Source: Bdellovibrionales bacterium (GTDB taxonomy: Bacteria; Bdellovibrionota; Bdellovibrionia; Bdellovibrionales; JAGQZY01). Taken from it: DNA of 64,000 nt. The notes below the pieces were generated by a model. The model was not told where the DNA came from and did no database searches. It saw only the letters and a list, made by a program, of their open reading frames with translations. This document shows positions 37,190-47,152 of the stretch, piece by piece. A program made the position numbers and the translations under genes. The stretch is taken from the NCBI GenBank assembly GCA_964230645.1, contig CAXRHT010000003.1, forward strand, positions 608,001 through 672,000. The letters are read 5' to 3'. Positions within the stretch are counted from its first letter, which is position 1, and every line of letters starts with the position of its first letter.

Positions 37190-37789
37190 TTGAATAGGAT
37201 GAAATTTCTCATCCTTATCCCAATTATCGTAACCATTGGGGTTCTCGCTGTGATAAACTCAGAGGACCCCAAGCCTCAACCCTCTGATCAAAATGAAAAT
37301 GTGACTTCTTCTTCTAGAATGAAGAGGAGGCAAAAGCCTCAAGAAGTTAAAGAGGTTTCTAAAAAATCCAATCCCAAACAAGGCAAGCATAGTCCAAAAA
37401 ATGTCGCTCTCAAGGCTAATGGAAGCCCGAGAGAGACCATTGAAGAAGAGCTAAAAAGAGTTCGAGTGTTGGCCACACAACTGCCCGAGTCACGGGTTCA
37501 ACTTCTTGAAATCATTACTAGCGAAGACCCTCTCAAGCAAAAAGAAATCAAACCTCATTCTATGGATGAAATCCAACAGAATAAAAGAGGGGCTGTGAAA
37601 GTCCTAGCGCTTAAAGCCTTAATGCAACTTAAGGATAAAAAGATGCTTCAAGAAAACCTAGGTCAGATTATTGCCACAGCCAAAGATCCCACCATTCGGA
37701 AGATTGCGAAGGCGGCCAAAGATTCAATGGATCAGGGGCGCTCTTTGTTTGAGGATTTCCCTGAGGCGGTTCAATCAGAATCTCTTTGA
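37190..37789 (+). CDS. Membrane-anchored hypothetical protein
   Basis: N-terminal TM helix, disordered linker, helical C-terminal domain; abuts the upstream stop. Confidence 0.7.
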   Translation: MNRMKFLILIPIIVTIGVLAVINSEDPKPQPSDQNENVTSSSRMKRRQKPQEVKEVSKKSNPKQGKHSPKNVALKANGSPRETIEEELKRVRVLATQLPESRVQLLEIITSEDPLKQKEIKPHSMDEIQQNKRGAVKVLALKALMQLKDKKMLQENLGQIIATAKDPTIRKIAKAAKDSMDQGRSLFEDFPEAVQSESL

Positions 37790-37853
37790 TTACGAACTGA
37801 ATTCTATTCCATTGCGGCGTGAATCTTAAAGCGTCCGTTGCTTAAATGTTCTT

Positions 37854-39230
37854 ATGCAAGAGAAAGAACTGCTTGAAAAACAAAAAAAATTCGTACGTTC
37901 TGGTCAAAGCCTCAGTAAAGACCACCGACTGGCACAACTCAAAAAACTTCGAGATTTAATCGACAGTCATCAAGAAGACATCACTACCGCCTTACATAAA
38001 GATTTAAAAAAACCGAAATTGGAATCTTTCGTGACTGAGATTTCAAGCACATTGAAAGAAATTGATCATTCTATTAAGCACTTGAGCTCATGGATGGAGG
38101 AGAGGAAATGGTTCTCGCCGCCCTTTTTACTCCCAGCCCGCTCAAAAATTCAAAAAGAACCCTTTGGCTCTACACTAGTGATTGCCCCTTGGAATTATCC
38201 TTTTCACCTCGCTCTAGCGCCTGCCGTCGCATCTTTGTCTGCTGGTAATTCCGTTGTGATTAAGCCGTCTGAAATTACGTCTCATACTGAAAAGTTGATC
38301 GCAAAAATAGTGAATCAAAATTTTGATGAGGAAATTTTAAAAGTGGTCACCGGAGGGGTGGATGTTTCAGAAAGATTAACCTCTCTTCCTTTTGACTTCA
38401 TTTTTTTCACGGGTAGCACAGCTGTGGGTAAAATAATTATGAAAGCCGCCAGCGAAAATCTGGTTCCTGTTTGTTTAGAACTTGGTGGTAAAAGCCCCTG
38501 TGTCGTCGACTCGGAGGTGGATATTGAGGTCGCTGCACGGCGAATCGTGTGGGGCAAGTTCACAAATGCAGGTCAGACTTGTGTGGCCCCTGACTTTTTG
38601 TATGTCCATAGAGGAGTAAAAGAAAAGTTACTAAAACAAATAAAAGACGAATTAAAAAACTTCTATGGCGAAAACCCGAAAGACTCAGATGATTTCGGAC
38701 GTATTGTGAGTCTAAAACATTTTGATCGCTTGCTTCCTTTTTTGAATGAAGGTGAGATGGTTGTAGGAGGGGAGTCGGATCAAGATCAACTTTACATAGC
38801 ACCCACCTTGATTGAAAATCTGAGTTGGGAAAGTGCGGTGATGAAAGAAGAAATTTTTGGTCCCATTCTTCCGATCTTTGAGTTTGAAGAGCATGAAGAG
38901 CTTGTGGGTTTGTTGCAAGAGAAACAAAAGCCTTTGGCTTTTTATTTGTTTACTAAAAATCCTAAAGTAAAAAAGCGATACATGAATCAGTTCTCCTTTG
39001 GGGGAGGCTGTATCAATGACACCTTAGTTCACCTCTCCGATCCTGATCTTCCGTTCGGAGGTGTCGGAGCCAGTGGCATGGGAGCCTATCATGGTGAGGC
39101 TGGCTTTACTCTCTTCTCCCATAAAAAATCCGTCGTCGATAAATCATTTAAGTTGGACCTTTCTTTTCGTTATCCACCATATACAGACAAAAAACTTTCG
39201 TTACTTAAAAAAGTGCTGAGTTTTCTTTAG
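37854..39230 (+). CDS. Aldehyde dehydrogenase, ALDH3/CalB-like
   Basis: PWNYP, KPSE, FTGS, LELGGKSP, NAGQTCVAPD, EEIFGP, PFGGVG. Confidence 0.95.
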   Translation: MQEKELLEKQKKFVRSGQSLSKDHRLAQLKKLRDLIDSHQEDITTALHKDLKKPKLESFVTEISSTLKEIDHSIKHLSSWMEERKWFSPPFLLPARSKIQKEPFGSTLVIAPWNYPFHLALAPAVASLSAGNSVVIKPSEITSHTEKLIAKIVNQNFDEEILKVVTGGVDVSERLTSLPFDFIFFTGSTAVGKIIMKAASENLVPVCLELGGKSPCVVDSEVDIEVAARRIVWGKFTNAGQTCVAPDFLYVHRGVKEKLLKQIKDELKNFYGENPKDSDDFGRIVSLKHFDRLLPFLNEGEMVVGGESDQDQLYIAPTLIENLSWESAVMKEEIFGPILPIFEFEEHEELVGLLQEKQKPLAFYLFTKNPKVKKRYMNQFSFGGGCINDTLVHLSDPDLPFGGVGASGMGAYHGEAGFTLFSHKKSVVDKSFKLDLSFRYPPYTDKKLSLLKKVLSFL

Positions 39231-39610
39231 GGCTTAGTCAGATACTCTAAAAAAAGATCACAAGGCTAGGGTCGATAAACACTGAGATAAATGCAAGCAA
39301 GCAAGCTCCGATTCCAATCGTCATTAAGCTCATATTCCAAACAAAGTTTTGGATAAGTAGAAATAAAACACCGATTGTTAAAAGTGTGATGTGCATTGGG
39401 AATAACATTTTGTCTCCTTTGTGAATGGTTATGTCCTCTTGTTAGATTCATATATACGCATGCATATATACTATGTCAAATGATATATATACAAGTATAT
39501 AAAAGCGGTTGAATCGATAAATTACTCGAAACTTCAGTAACTTAGGGACTTTTCTCCAGTTTTGGAGCTGGAAAATTAGATATTTTTTCACCGTTTTCTT
39601 ACAAGAGGCG

Positions 39611-39645
39611 TTAGTCACCTGCTTTCACAGCGAGGGGGTGACGAA
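39611..39645. promoter_or_regulatory. Putative operator TTAGTCACC-N17-GGTGACGAA upstream of B1
   Basis: 9-bp inverted repeat with 1 mismatch; GACGAA lies 91 bp from TTGACC (39737-39742). Confidence 0.45.
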
Positions 39646-39814
39646 CTCAAAGTCGTTTGAAGGCCCCTAGAATTCAGAGGACCTTCGTTTTCCATCTACT
39701 GGTTACTAACAAATATTTGAGAAGCTCTTTCAATTTTTGACCAAAAGGGGTGGCTCTCCGTACAAGAGCCCTAAGCAAAACAAACAACCAACATCACCTT
39801 TAGGAGGGTACAAA

Positions 39815-40318
39815 ATGAAAGCACTTGTTTTTGTTTTATCAATGTTAGTAGCCGGTTCAGCTGTTGCTGGAACAAATTTCGAAGCCATGTCTTGGGATAC
39901 AATCCTTCGCAGCGCTAAGTACGAGCCAGACTACGCTACAAAAATTCACTTCCAAAACGGATCCGTTTGGAGAAACATCTGGTCTGACAATCTTTGCACA
40001 GACGGAACTTTCATCTACGGTGGACTTTTTGAGAAGAAATACTGCGTAAGCGGAGACAACGATGATTGTAACCGTTATGAGACAAAAGTTGTTGATCTTA
40101 TTCAACCGATCTACAGCACACGTCAACGTTGCGCTGACTACCAAGATGACGATTGCGTAAAATACGTAACCGTAAACTACGTACAACGTCCTACTCAAAA
40201 CGTAAAAATCTACGGTAGCCAGTATAGCCCTGGTGACGACGACAACCACCGTCCACTTGGTGTTAAGTCTTACACAATCCCTTCTTGTGGTGGAGCTCCA
40301 AAAGTTCCTGCTAACTAA
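39815..40318 (+). CDS. Secreted Cys-rich protein, 167 aa (cassette B, B1)
   Basis: AGGAGG RBS, signal peptide, 6 Cys, C-x(n)-DDC loops; resembles the N-terminal domain of A3/B3. Confidence 0.88.
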   Translation: MKALVFVLSMLVAGSAVAGTNFEAMSWDTILRSAKYEPDYATKIHFQNGSVWRNIWSDNLCTDGTFIYGGLFEKKYCVSGDNDDCNRYETKVVDLIQPIYSTRQRCADYQDDDCVKYVTVNYVQRPTQNVKIYGSQYSPGDDDNHRPLGVKSYTIPSCGGAPKVPAN

Positions 40319-40372
40319 GATAGGATTTTTAAACTTTAAAGAGTGTTCTGTATGAACACTCTTTACAAAAGC

Positions 40373-40402
40373 GCCACCTCTCAAAGAGGTGGCATTTTTT
40401 TT
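40373..40402 (+). terminator. Rho-independent terminator after B1
   Basis: GCCACCTCT-CAA-AGAGGTGGC followed by T8; a second hairpin lies at 40337-40365. Confidence 0.88.
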
Positions 40403-40420
40403 AAAAAAAAGGGGAAAAAG

Positions 40421-41374
40421 ATGAGAGCTTTAATTTTATTCAGTTTTTTTACACTTTTCGCACCTGCTGTTTTTGCTAATATTCCTGGACTCGAGGCGAC
40501 TTACTCAAGAATGCTAGGAAGAACACAGGCGACCATTGTTCAAAAAGGCCTTGTTCCCCAAACTCGTCCAGAGACCTGTCATCGCCAGGTTTTAAAAATA
40601 AGAGAGGATGGTCAAATAAACATCTTCGTTGCTTTCGGCTATATGGATGTCTCTGGTGGTCAAGACTTTGAAGATTCTGGAATGTCCCTTTACGGCAATG
40701 GTGATGTCTTAGATTCCGACGCGAAAAAAGCACTCGTTGGCCGTCTGAAGTCTCGTTGCCCGTCTGGCCAGGATTCAATGGCCTGTGGTTTCAAAGGCAA
40801 TGGAAGTAGCTTGCGCAAAACCATTCGTGATCGCTGGTCAAATTCTCGGATTCGAGTCAATATCGTGTTGGCTTCACCCTCAGTCACATCATCGGATGCG
40901 GCAAACAAGGGTCAGTACGCTTCCCGTCAGCAGAGCTCTTCCGCTCAGGTGAAAAATCAATTCCTCGGTGCTCTTCAGTCCTACGATGCTGTCATTTATA
41001 TGGGGCATGCAAGAAGTGGAGGCGGGCCTGATTTTCTACCCCCCGTGCTTTATAGCAGTGGGGCCGTGAATTACAGTCATTACCGCAGTCAGCAAGATGG
41101 AATTCGTTCGATGTTAGGAGCTTTGAGCTCTAGCTCAGCGCCAGTGATTGGAGTGCTCGCTTGTAAAAGTACAGGGCTTTTTGCCTCTCGTATTCGGCGT
41201 CGAGCACCCAACTCATTGTTGGTAACAGCCGATGAACTCTTTGACTACAACGATATTCTTCCCACTGGGTATGCCATGATTGAAGGGCTTGTCTCTCAGA
41301 GCTGCACCGATGAGTTTGAAAGAATCACTAAGGTACAACCGGCCAGCCGTCGTTTTCTCACCGTCTTTTACTAA
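40421..41374 (+). CDS. Secreted protein with putative clan CD (caspase/gingipain-fold) His-Cys dyad (B2)
   Basis: Signal peptide ending VFA; AVIYMGHARSG and IGVLACKS motifs. Confidence 0.55.
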   Translation: MRALILFSFFTLFAPAVFANIPGLEATYSRMLGRTQATIVQKGLVPQTRPETCHRQVLKIREDGQINIFVAFGYMDVSGGQDFEDSGMSLYGNGDVLDSDAKKALVGRLKSRCPSGQDSMACGFKGNGSSLRKTIRDRWSNSRIRVNIVLASPSVTSSDAANKGQYASRQQSSSAQVKNQFLGALQSYDAVIYMGHARSGGGPDFLPPVLYSSGAVNYSHYRSQQDGIRSMLGALSSSSAPVIGVLACKSTGLFASRIRRRAPNSLLVTADELFDYNDILPTGYAMIEGLVSQSCTDEFERITKVQPASRRFLTVFY

Positions 41375-41425
41375 AACACTCATTCTATTTTTAAGGGCCT
41401 TTTAACATTGAGTCCCTTTTCAGTG

Positions 41426-41464
41426 TTCGTCATGTAAAAGTTTTCGTTCGCTATTGACGACGAA
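41426..41464. promoter_or_regulatory. Putative operator TTCGTCA-N22-TGACGACGAA upstream of the B3/HTH operon
   Basis: Inverted repeat of the same motif seen at 7229, 8194 and 39611. Confidence 0.45.
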
Positions 41465-41546
41465 TTGTAATGTTTTCGAGGGTGAAGATTTCACACTCAT
41501 CTCCCATTATATTGAGTTTAAGCAAAACAGACAGGAACAACAGTTA

Positions 41547-42341
41547 ATGAACACATCAAAAATCATCTTCGTCATAGGCCTACTAAGCCTTATTGCCTCG
41601 TTGGCTCAGGGCGCCACCATGCAAATCTTTTCGGACATTCATTTCGGTCCGAAGTTACAAATCTCTGCTAACTTTCTTTGCCAAGATGGTGTGTACATAT
41701 ATTTTCGCTCGCAACAAGATTGTCTTGATTCTGGCCAGGAGTGGAACTGTTCTGAGGACTTAGTAGTCAAACCCATCCGTGAGGTGGAAATGATATTGAC
41801 GGAAGTGGGTGGCGATAGTGTGACTCGCTTTTTTAAAGTAGATACCCAGTTCAAATATCAACAAGTAGAAAGAGACGCCAGAGGCAATGTCTTCAATAAT
41901 ATCAACGAATTTCGAGAACTGCCCTTCTGTGCTGGAAGACCGAGACTAGAGCCTGGTAATGTGGGTGAGTTTCGTTACCCGGAATCTAAATCAGAGAAGT
42001 TTTTTATCGAGTCTATGCTAGAGGCTGGAATAACCATGGTTAACGTAGCCGAGGCTGGTACAAGTATCTTAGATGCCATTGATTTAGAGCAACAAGTTGA
42101 GCCCACCCAAAAGGTCAGCTCTGCTATAAAGTCTCCTTTTTGCAATCAATCGGTAACCTCTGATTATATCCATCTCCTTTCCGGTGAATACTCAGGCAAC
42201 GGCATTCAGAATCTGGATTTCGACAATGTGCAAGTGGACCGACTACAAGAGATTTCTCATGACCTCTTTGTCACTCCCTCTGAGGTTCATGAGGATCAAC
42301 CAGCTTTCAAAGTAAGCTGCGAAAAAACTTGGGATATATAA
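41547..42341 (+). CDS. Secreted Cys-containing hypothetical protein (cassette B, B3)
   Basis: Signal peptide; paralog of 6413-7216; start moved to ATG 41547. Confidence 0.8.
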   Translation: MNTSKIIFVIGLLSLIASLAQGATMQIFSDIHFGPKLQISANFLCQDGVYIYFRSQQDCLDSGQEWNCSEDLVVKPIREVEMILTEVGGDSVTRFFKVDTQFKYQQVERDARGNVFNNINEFRELPFCAGRPRLEPGNVGEFRYPESKSEKFFIESMLEAGITMVNVAEAGTSILDAIDLEQQVEPTQKVSSAIKSPFCNQSVTSDYIHLLSGEYSGNGIQNLDFDNVQVDRLQEISHDLFVTPSEVHEDQPAFKVSCEKTWDI

Positions 42342-43214
42342 ATGCTAAGGCCTGAATTTTCTCATACCAACAAAAGAGATGAGAGAAGCGTAGATTCACA
42401 GGATCTTATGGGCCAGATTCAATTTCTTGTGGATTCTTATCTGAAAAATCACAGTCATTTAAGTGTCAATTCTCTGAGTAAAAAATGTGGTGTGAGTGAG
42501 CCGACGTTAAGGCGCATCCTTTCCGGAAAGGTTAAAACCGTTCCCCAAGTTTCAACACTTCTTGATATCCTGACCTATTTGAATAAAACCTCCAGCGTTC
42601 GAAAGATTGTATCACTTCATCCTGGTCCTATTGCAGATTATTTGAGAAAGGCCATGCCCTATCTGGAAGAAATCGATAGCGAATATTCAGGTCGGGTCAA
42701 TGAGGAGCTTAAAGATCCGGTGAAGTACTTAATCTTTAAACTAGCTCTAAATAGCAATGGAGTTTTAGAAAGTAAGATTCAAGAGCTTTATGGTACCCAC
42801 GGAATTAAACTCCTTCAAGAGATGGTGGAAGCCGAAATCATAGTGAAAACTGCCAATGGTATTTGCCGCACAAAAACAAAATCCTACAATAGTTCTTCCA
42901 AAGACTTCGTCAGGAACTTCAAAGTGGTTGCTGACTTCATAAAGACAAATAAATTCCGAAATCGAAAACCTTATAATCCATTGCATGCAAACTGTTCGGA
43001 GTCGATCCATTTGGATGCCTACGAGTCGATTGTACGGTTGCAAAAAAAGACTCAAAAGAAAATACGTAAAATTTTGAGTGATCCTGAGAGCCGTGGAGAA
43101 ATTCCCTTTTTTCAATTGGTGGCGATTGATACATTGGATCTCAAGGCGGCTTTTGAATTTGATAAAGACGAGAGCTCCTCTCCTGCAAGTACAAGTCCTT
43201 CAAAGCAGATTTAA
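42342..43214 (+). CDS. HTH DNA-binding protein, TIGR02147/DUF4423-like (cassette B regulator)
   Basis: LSVNSLSKKCGVSEPTLRRI HTH; paralog of 5586-6422; ATG immediately follows the B3 stop. Confidence 0.75.
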   Translation: MLRPEFSHTNKRDERSVDSQDLMGQIQFLVDSYLKNHSHLSVNSLSKKCGVSEPTLRRILSGKVKTVPQVSTLLDILTYLNKTSSVRKIVSLHPGPIADYLRKAMPYLEEIDSEYSGRVNEELKDPVKYLIFKLALNSNGVLESKIQELYGTHGIKLLQEMVEAEIIVKTANGICRTKTKSYNSSSKDFVRNFKVVADFIKTNKFRNRKPYNPLHANCSESIHLDAYESIVRLQKKTQKKIRKILSDPESRGEIPFFQLVAIDTLDLKAAFEFDKDESSSPASTSPSKQI

Positions 43215-43276
43215 CACCCTCGGTGTCTTGATCAATAACCCGTTCGGGTCTAATATTTCATCTTCTAATGAGGTGT

Positions 43277-44437
43277 ATGATGAAAACGATCCTGTTGTTA
43301 GGTTCTGGCGAGTTGGGTAAAGAGTTTACGATTTCAGCAAAGCGCTTGGGACAAAGAGTTGTGGCCGTAGATAAATATGCTGGGGCTCCAGCTATGCAAG
43401 TGGCTGATGCCTTTGAAGTGATTAGTATGCTTGATGGTGTGGAACTTGAAAAGATTGTGAAAAAGCACAAGCCCGATCTCATTGTTCCAGAGGTAGAATC
43501 CATTCGCACAGAAATGCTTGAAAAGTTTGAACGGCAGGGAATCTTTGTCGTGCCTACAGCGGAAGCGACCCATTTAACCATGAATAGAGACGCCATTAGA
43601 GATTTGGTGTCTAGTGAATTAAAAATTAGAACACCAAAGTTTGATTACGCCTCCAACAAAGAAGAGCTAAAAGATATTTGCGCAGGAATCGGCTTTCCCT
43701 GTGTTGTGAAGCCGGTGATGTCTTCTTCCGGTAAAGGGCAAAGTATTGTGAACTCCCCCAAACAGGTCGGCAAAGCCTGGGATTTTGCGTGTGAAGGGAT
43801 GAGAGGGGATAACAAAAAAGTAATCATCGAAGAGTTCATAAAGTTTGAAGTGGAAATAACCCTTCTTACCGTCAAACAACTCGATGGGCCCACTCTTTTT
43901 GTCGACCCTATCGGCCACAGGCAAGAAGAGGGTGACTATAGAGAATCGTGGATACCAGCTAACATTCGACCAAATATGCTCACTCAAGCCAAAAAAATGG
44001 CAAAGAAAGTCACCGATCGCTTGGGCGGAGCTGGAATCTTTGGGGTGGAGTTTTTTGTAACAAAGGATGAAGTGATTTTCAGTGAACTTTCTCCCAGACC
44101 TCATGATACCGGCATGGTGACCTTAATTTCTCAAAATCTCTCGGAATTTGATCTTCATTGCCGAGCTATACTTGGGCTTCCCATCCCTGAAATTGACTAC
44201 TATGGACCCGCGGCTTCAGCGGTCGTACTTTCTAAAAAAGATTCCACCCAATTTGAAATTAAAGGACTAGAAAAAGCGCTTGCGATCAAGAAAACAGATC
44301 TAAGAGTCTTCGGAAAGCCTAGTACACGTAAAAATCGCAGAATGGCTGTCGCGCTAGCCAGAGACACTAATATAATGAAAGCCAGAAGAAGAGCTCAGAA
44401 AGCCGCTGATTGTATTAAAATCAGTTATTCTAAATAG
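43277..44437 (+). CDS. purT: Formate-dependent phosphoribosylglycinamide formyltransferase
   Basis: LLGSGELGKE, APAMQVA, KPVMSSSGKGQS, SPRPHDTG. Confidence 0.97.
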   Translation: MMKTILLLGSGELGKEFTISAKRLGQRVVAVDKYAGAPAMQVADAFEVISMLDGVELEKIVKKHKPDLIVPEVESIRTEMLEKFERQGIFVVPTAEATHLTMNRDAIRDLVSSELKIRTPKFDYASNKEELKDICAGIGFPCVVKPVMSSSGKGQSIVNSPKQVGKAWDFACEGMRGDNKKVIIEEFIKFEVEITLLTVKQLDGPTLFVDPIGHRQEEGDYRESWIPANIRPNMLTQAKKMAKKVTDRLGGAGIFGVEFFVTKDEVIFSELSPRPHDTGMVTLISQNLSEFDLHCRAILGLPIPEIDYYGPAASAVVLSKKDSTQFEIKGLEKALAIKKTDLRVFGKPSTRKNRRMAVALARDTNIMKARRRAQKAADCIKISYSK

Positions 44438-44529
44438 TTAAAGCTAGGCTTTGAAAAGAGGGCAATAGGTCTTGCATTCTTTCCCGACAATGATAGACAG
44501 ATCTCACGGATCTTTCTAAGGAGACTGCA

Positions 44530-45576
44530 ATGAATCTTTTGATTTCTCTTTTAATGACTCTCTTTCCTTTATTTTCTCTGGCTCATAGTTCTTCCGAATC
44601 TGCTCAACCGAGTGAGGCTCCTGCTTGCGAGTCTGAAAATACAAACCAAGAGATCGATATGGACTGTATCGAAGCCCAGCTCAAAGGTGAGGGGCTTGGA
44701 GGTTGGGTGCATGCCTCAGTTGACGACCAGATGGTATTTGTTTTCACTTGGCGCAAACCGGGCTCCTTTTTCACGAATGTACAACTTCCTATGTTTTCCG
44801 AGGATCCGCAGGTATTAAAACAATTGCAAAGTCTCGGTCGTCATGACCAGGTCATTTTAAAAGGTGAGTTCTTTCAAAATGAAGCGCCTTTAAGGCACAT
44901 CAAAGTGAGCGAAGTGAAAGTGGTTAAGGCCTTCAGTGGACCCAGTGGTGACTATGAGTATAGCCCTGACGTTCTGACGGAAATTTTAAATAGTAATAAA
45001 ATGATCGCGAAAGTTCATATTGTGGCTAACGGCGGCAGAGTGCTCGTGGTGGAAAAAGAAGACCGAGTGCTTCCCGTTTTTAATAAAGATCCTAAACTGA
45101 CTGAGAATCTTTTTCGCAATGACAAGATAGAATTACAGTATCAAGTGCGTCTTTTGCCTCAGCAGCCCTCCCATATCCAAGTGGATGAGGATGCAGCCAA
45201 TCCGATTCGAGTTATTGAAAGAATCGAAGAAGGACATGGTGAGCCTTTTGAAATTACAGGGCCCTTGGTGATGTTTCCTAAAAGTCCTCAAATAATATTC
45301 AACGTGTTTGCTGTAAGAGAGCAAGACAGCGATGGGATTCATAGAAATTACACTGTTATCAATTTTGAAGATATGGACCTGTTCGAAAAAATCCGCCAAA
45401 ACTTTCAAAAAGCTTGGGATCAAGCGAAGGATTCCGCAGAGTACGATCGCAATAAATTTATCAATCGTAAGATACAGGTCACTGTTCGCGGCTTGAAGAA
45501 CGTTGTTTCTCCTACACAAGCGAACCCTCAGGTCGTGCCCAGTCAAATTGACGACATTGAGATCGAATTTCTTTAG
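44530..45576 (+). CDS. Secreted hypothetical protein with repeated beta-rich (OB-like) modules
   Basis: AAGGAG RBS, signal peptide, internal repeat LGRHDQVIL / LFRNDKIEL. Confidence 0.75.
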   Translation: MNLLISLLMTLFPLFSLAHSSSESAQPSEAPACESENTNQEIDMDCIEAQLKGEGLGGWVHASVDDQMVFVFTWRKPGSFFTNVQLPMFSEDPQVLKQLQSLGRHDQVILKGEFFQNEAPLRHIKVSEVKVVKAFSGPSGDYEYSPDVLTEILNSNKMIAKVHIVANGGRVLVVEKEDRVLPVFNKDPKLTENLFRNDKIELQYQVRLLPQQPSHIQVDEDAANPIRVIERIEEGHGEPFEITGPLVMFPKSPQIIFNVFAVREQDSDGIHRNYTVINFEDMDLFEKIRQNFQKAWDQAKDSAEYDRNKFINRKIQVTVRGLKNVVSPTQANPQVVPSQIDDIEIEFL

Positions 45577-45860
45577 TTTTTACCCTCGATAGAGGCGGTT
45601 TTCCGTTGTGGTCTGTTCTTTTCTGGATGAACAGGCTTTTTGTCAGCCTTCATTAACTGGCCGGTTTTATCATCCGATTTTTTGGCGGACTGTTCCACTT
45701 TCGTGTTTTTGTCTGCCGGTTTTTTATCGGATTCCTTCTTAAGAGAAGAATTTGAAAGCAGCAGTCCAAAAATCAGGGCCGACAGTCCGATGAAATCTTT
45801 GAAATCAAAGTGAGACTGTATAATGTTAATTTTTTCCTGAATTTTTTCACGACTCAACAT
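45573..45860 (-). CDS. Small membrane protein
   Basis: One TM helix and a charged tail; TATACT 6 nt upstream of the ATG. Confidence 0.65.
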   Translation of the reverse strand: MLSREKIQEKINIIQSHFDFKDFIGLSALIFGLLLSNSSLKKESDKKPADKNTKVEQSAKKSDDKTGQLMKADKKPVHPEKNRPQRKTASIEGKN

Positions 45861-46116
45861 ACTGTGAGTATAACGGATGGACCCGGTAAATCCTTAAGCA
45901 AATGTTTAGAATTATAACTAATTTAGGCCTGAGTCTAAGAGAGCTGACAAACAGCTCTCTTAAGTTTTGATTGGCTAAAAATAGTGCAAAAAGTGAAAAC
46001 ATTTTTACTTGAGCTCGGAGGCCCATCTACACTTATTTTTACGGAATGTGAATCAAGGTGAAACAAAAATATCCTATTATTAGCTTGAACCACAGAACGA
46101 CTGATAAAGTTTAAAT

Positions 46117-46470
46117 ATGAGATTGACCTTTTTTATGACATTTATTGTGTGTCACTTATGCGTTGCCCATTCAGAAAATATTTATCCCGAAAGGGAGCTG
46201 CGGGGAAGCCCTGCGGCCTCTTCAAATCCTTACAGTGGCGGGGAGATATGGTTTTCTGGTGTCTACCACGTGGACTCTTGCCCATCCGTTAGTGCTGATA
46301 TTCGTACAATTGCATCAAAAGGTCTGCAGCAAGACTACGAGAAAACCAAATTTGTCGATTGTGAAAAATGGTCGGATCAATTTCGCTATATACTTAATAT
46401 CTCCAGGAAAGAGGAGAGTGGCAGTTGCCAGGTACAAGCGAGCTTTGCCTGTGGTCCCGATTCTGAATAG
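46117..46470 (+). CDS. Small secreted Cys-containing protein
   Basis: Signal peptide, 4 Cys in the mature part; TGaTAAAGT 6 nt before the ATG. Confidence 0.65.
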   Translation: MRLTFFMTFIVCHLCVAHSENIYPERELRGSPAASSNPYSGGEIWFSGVYHVDSCPSVSADIRTIASKGLQQDYEKTKFVDCEKWSDQFRYILNISRKEESGSCQVQASFACGPDSE

Positions 46471-47152
46471 GGACTTTTAGCTTGTCAGTAAGGTGAGGGA
46501 GCTCAAAAGTGTTTCCCAATTTTAAATAGAAGGAGTCGTCACAACTCGAATCCCAGCCAGACCATTGAGGTCGATCTGTAACAATTTTCTGTTGGGATTA
46601 AAATTGTGAACGGTCAGTGTGAGAACGTTTATTTTTTGAGCTCGGAGAATCAAGAGTTTATTTATGATTTCAAAATTTGTTTTGAGTACCAGTCCTTGGA
46701 GCGAGCGGGTGTTCGCAGATTTCCCAATCTTTAGCGGCAAGTGACCCGTCTCCCATTTGAGGTGAACTCGCTTGGACGTTTGGCCAGTGTTTCACAGAGA
46801 TGTGAGTCGATGAATAACATCCTCAGAAATCATTTGAAGCGTCCCGAGGGAGAGCTTTTTCCTGCTAGGGAAATAAGAGAAGAAGCGGATGATGCCGCTG
46901 GTAGTGCTTCTTAGAAGTCACCGTTGATTATTTTTTTAATCTATTTATCTTCTGTCTGAATTTGTTTTAAGTATTTCTACGAGCGTGCCTAAGCGTCTAG
47001 GCTTTTTGGATTCCCTGTTTTTCTTAAAAAAGCTAAAGGTCCTAATATCTTGAGTCATTTACACCTCTATTTATATTAATGCAAAATAAAGCATTGCTAC
47101 GATTTCGACTCATCATGTGATTTCCAACAGATCGAACATCAGAGGAGCTGCT

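Noticed and set aside
39231..39600. AT-rich gap with CATATATAC direct repeats and a 61-aa minus-strand ORF
   Set aside because: Low complexity; no convincing RBS, motif or RNA structure
46480..47116. Pseudogene or ncRNA upstream of the cytochrome-porin gene (72-aa ORF 46522-46740)
   Set aside because: No recognisable motifs or RBS; cannot be supported
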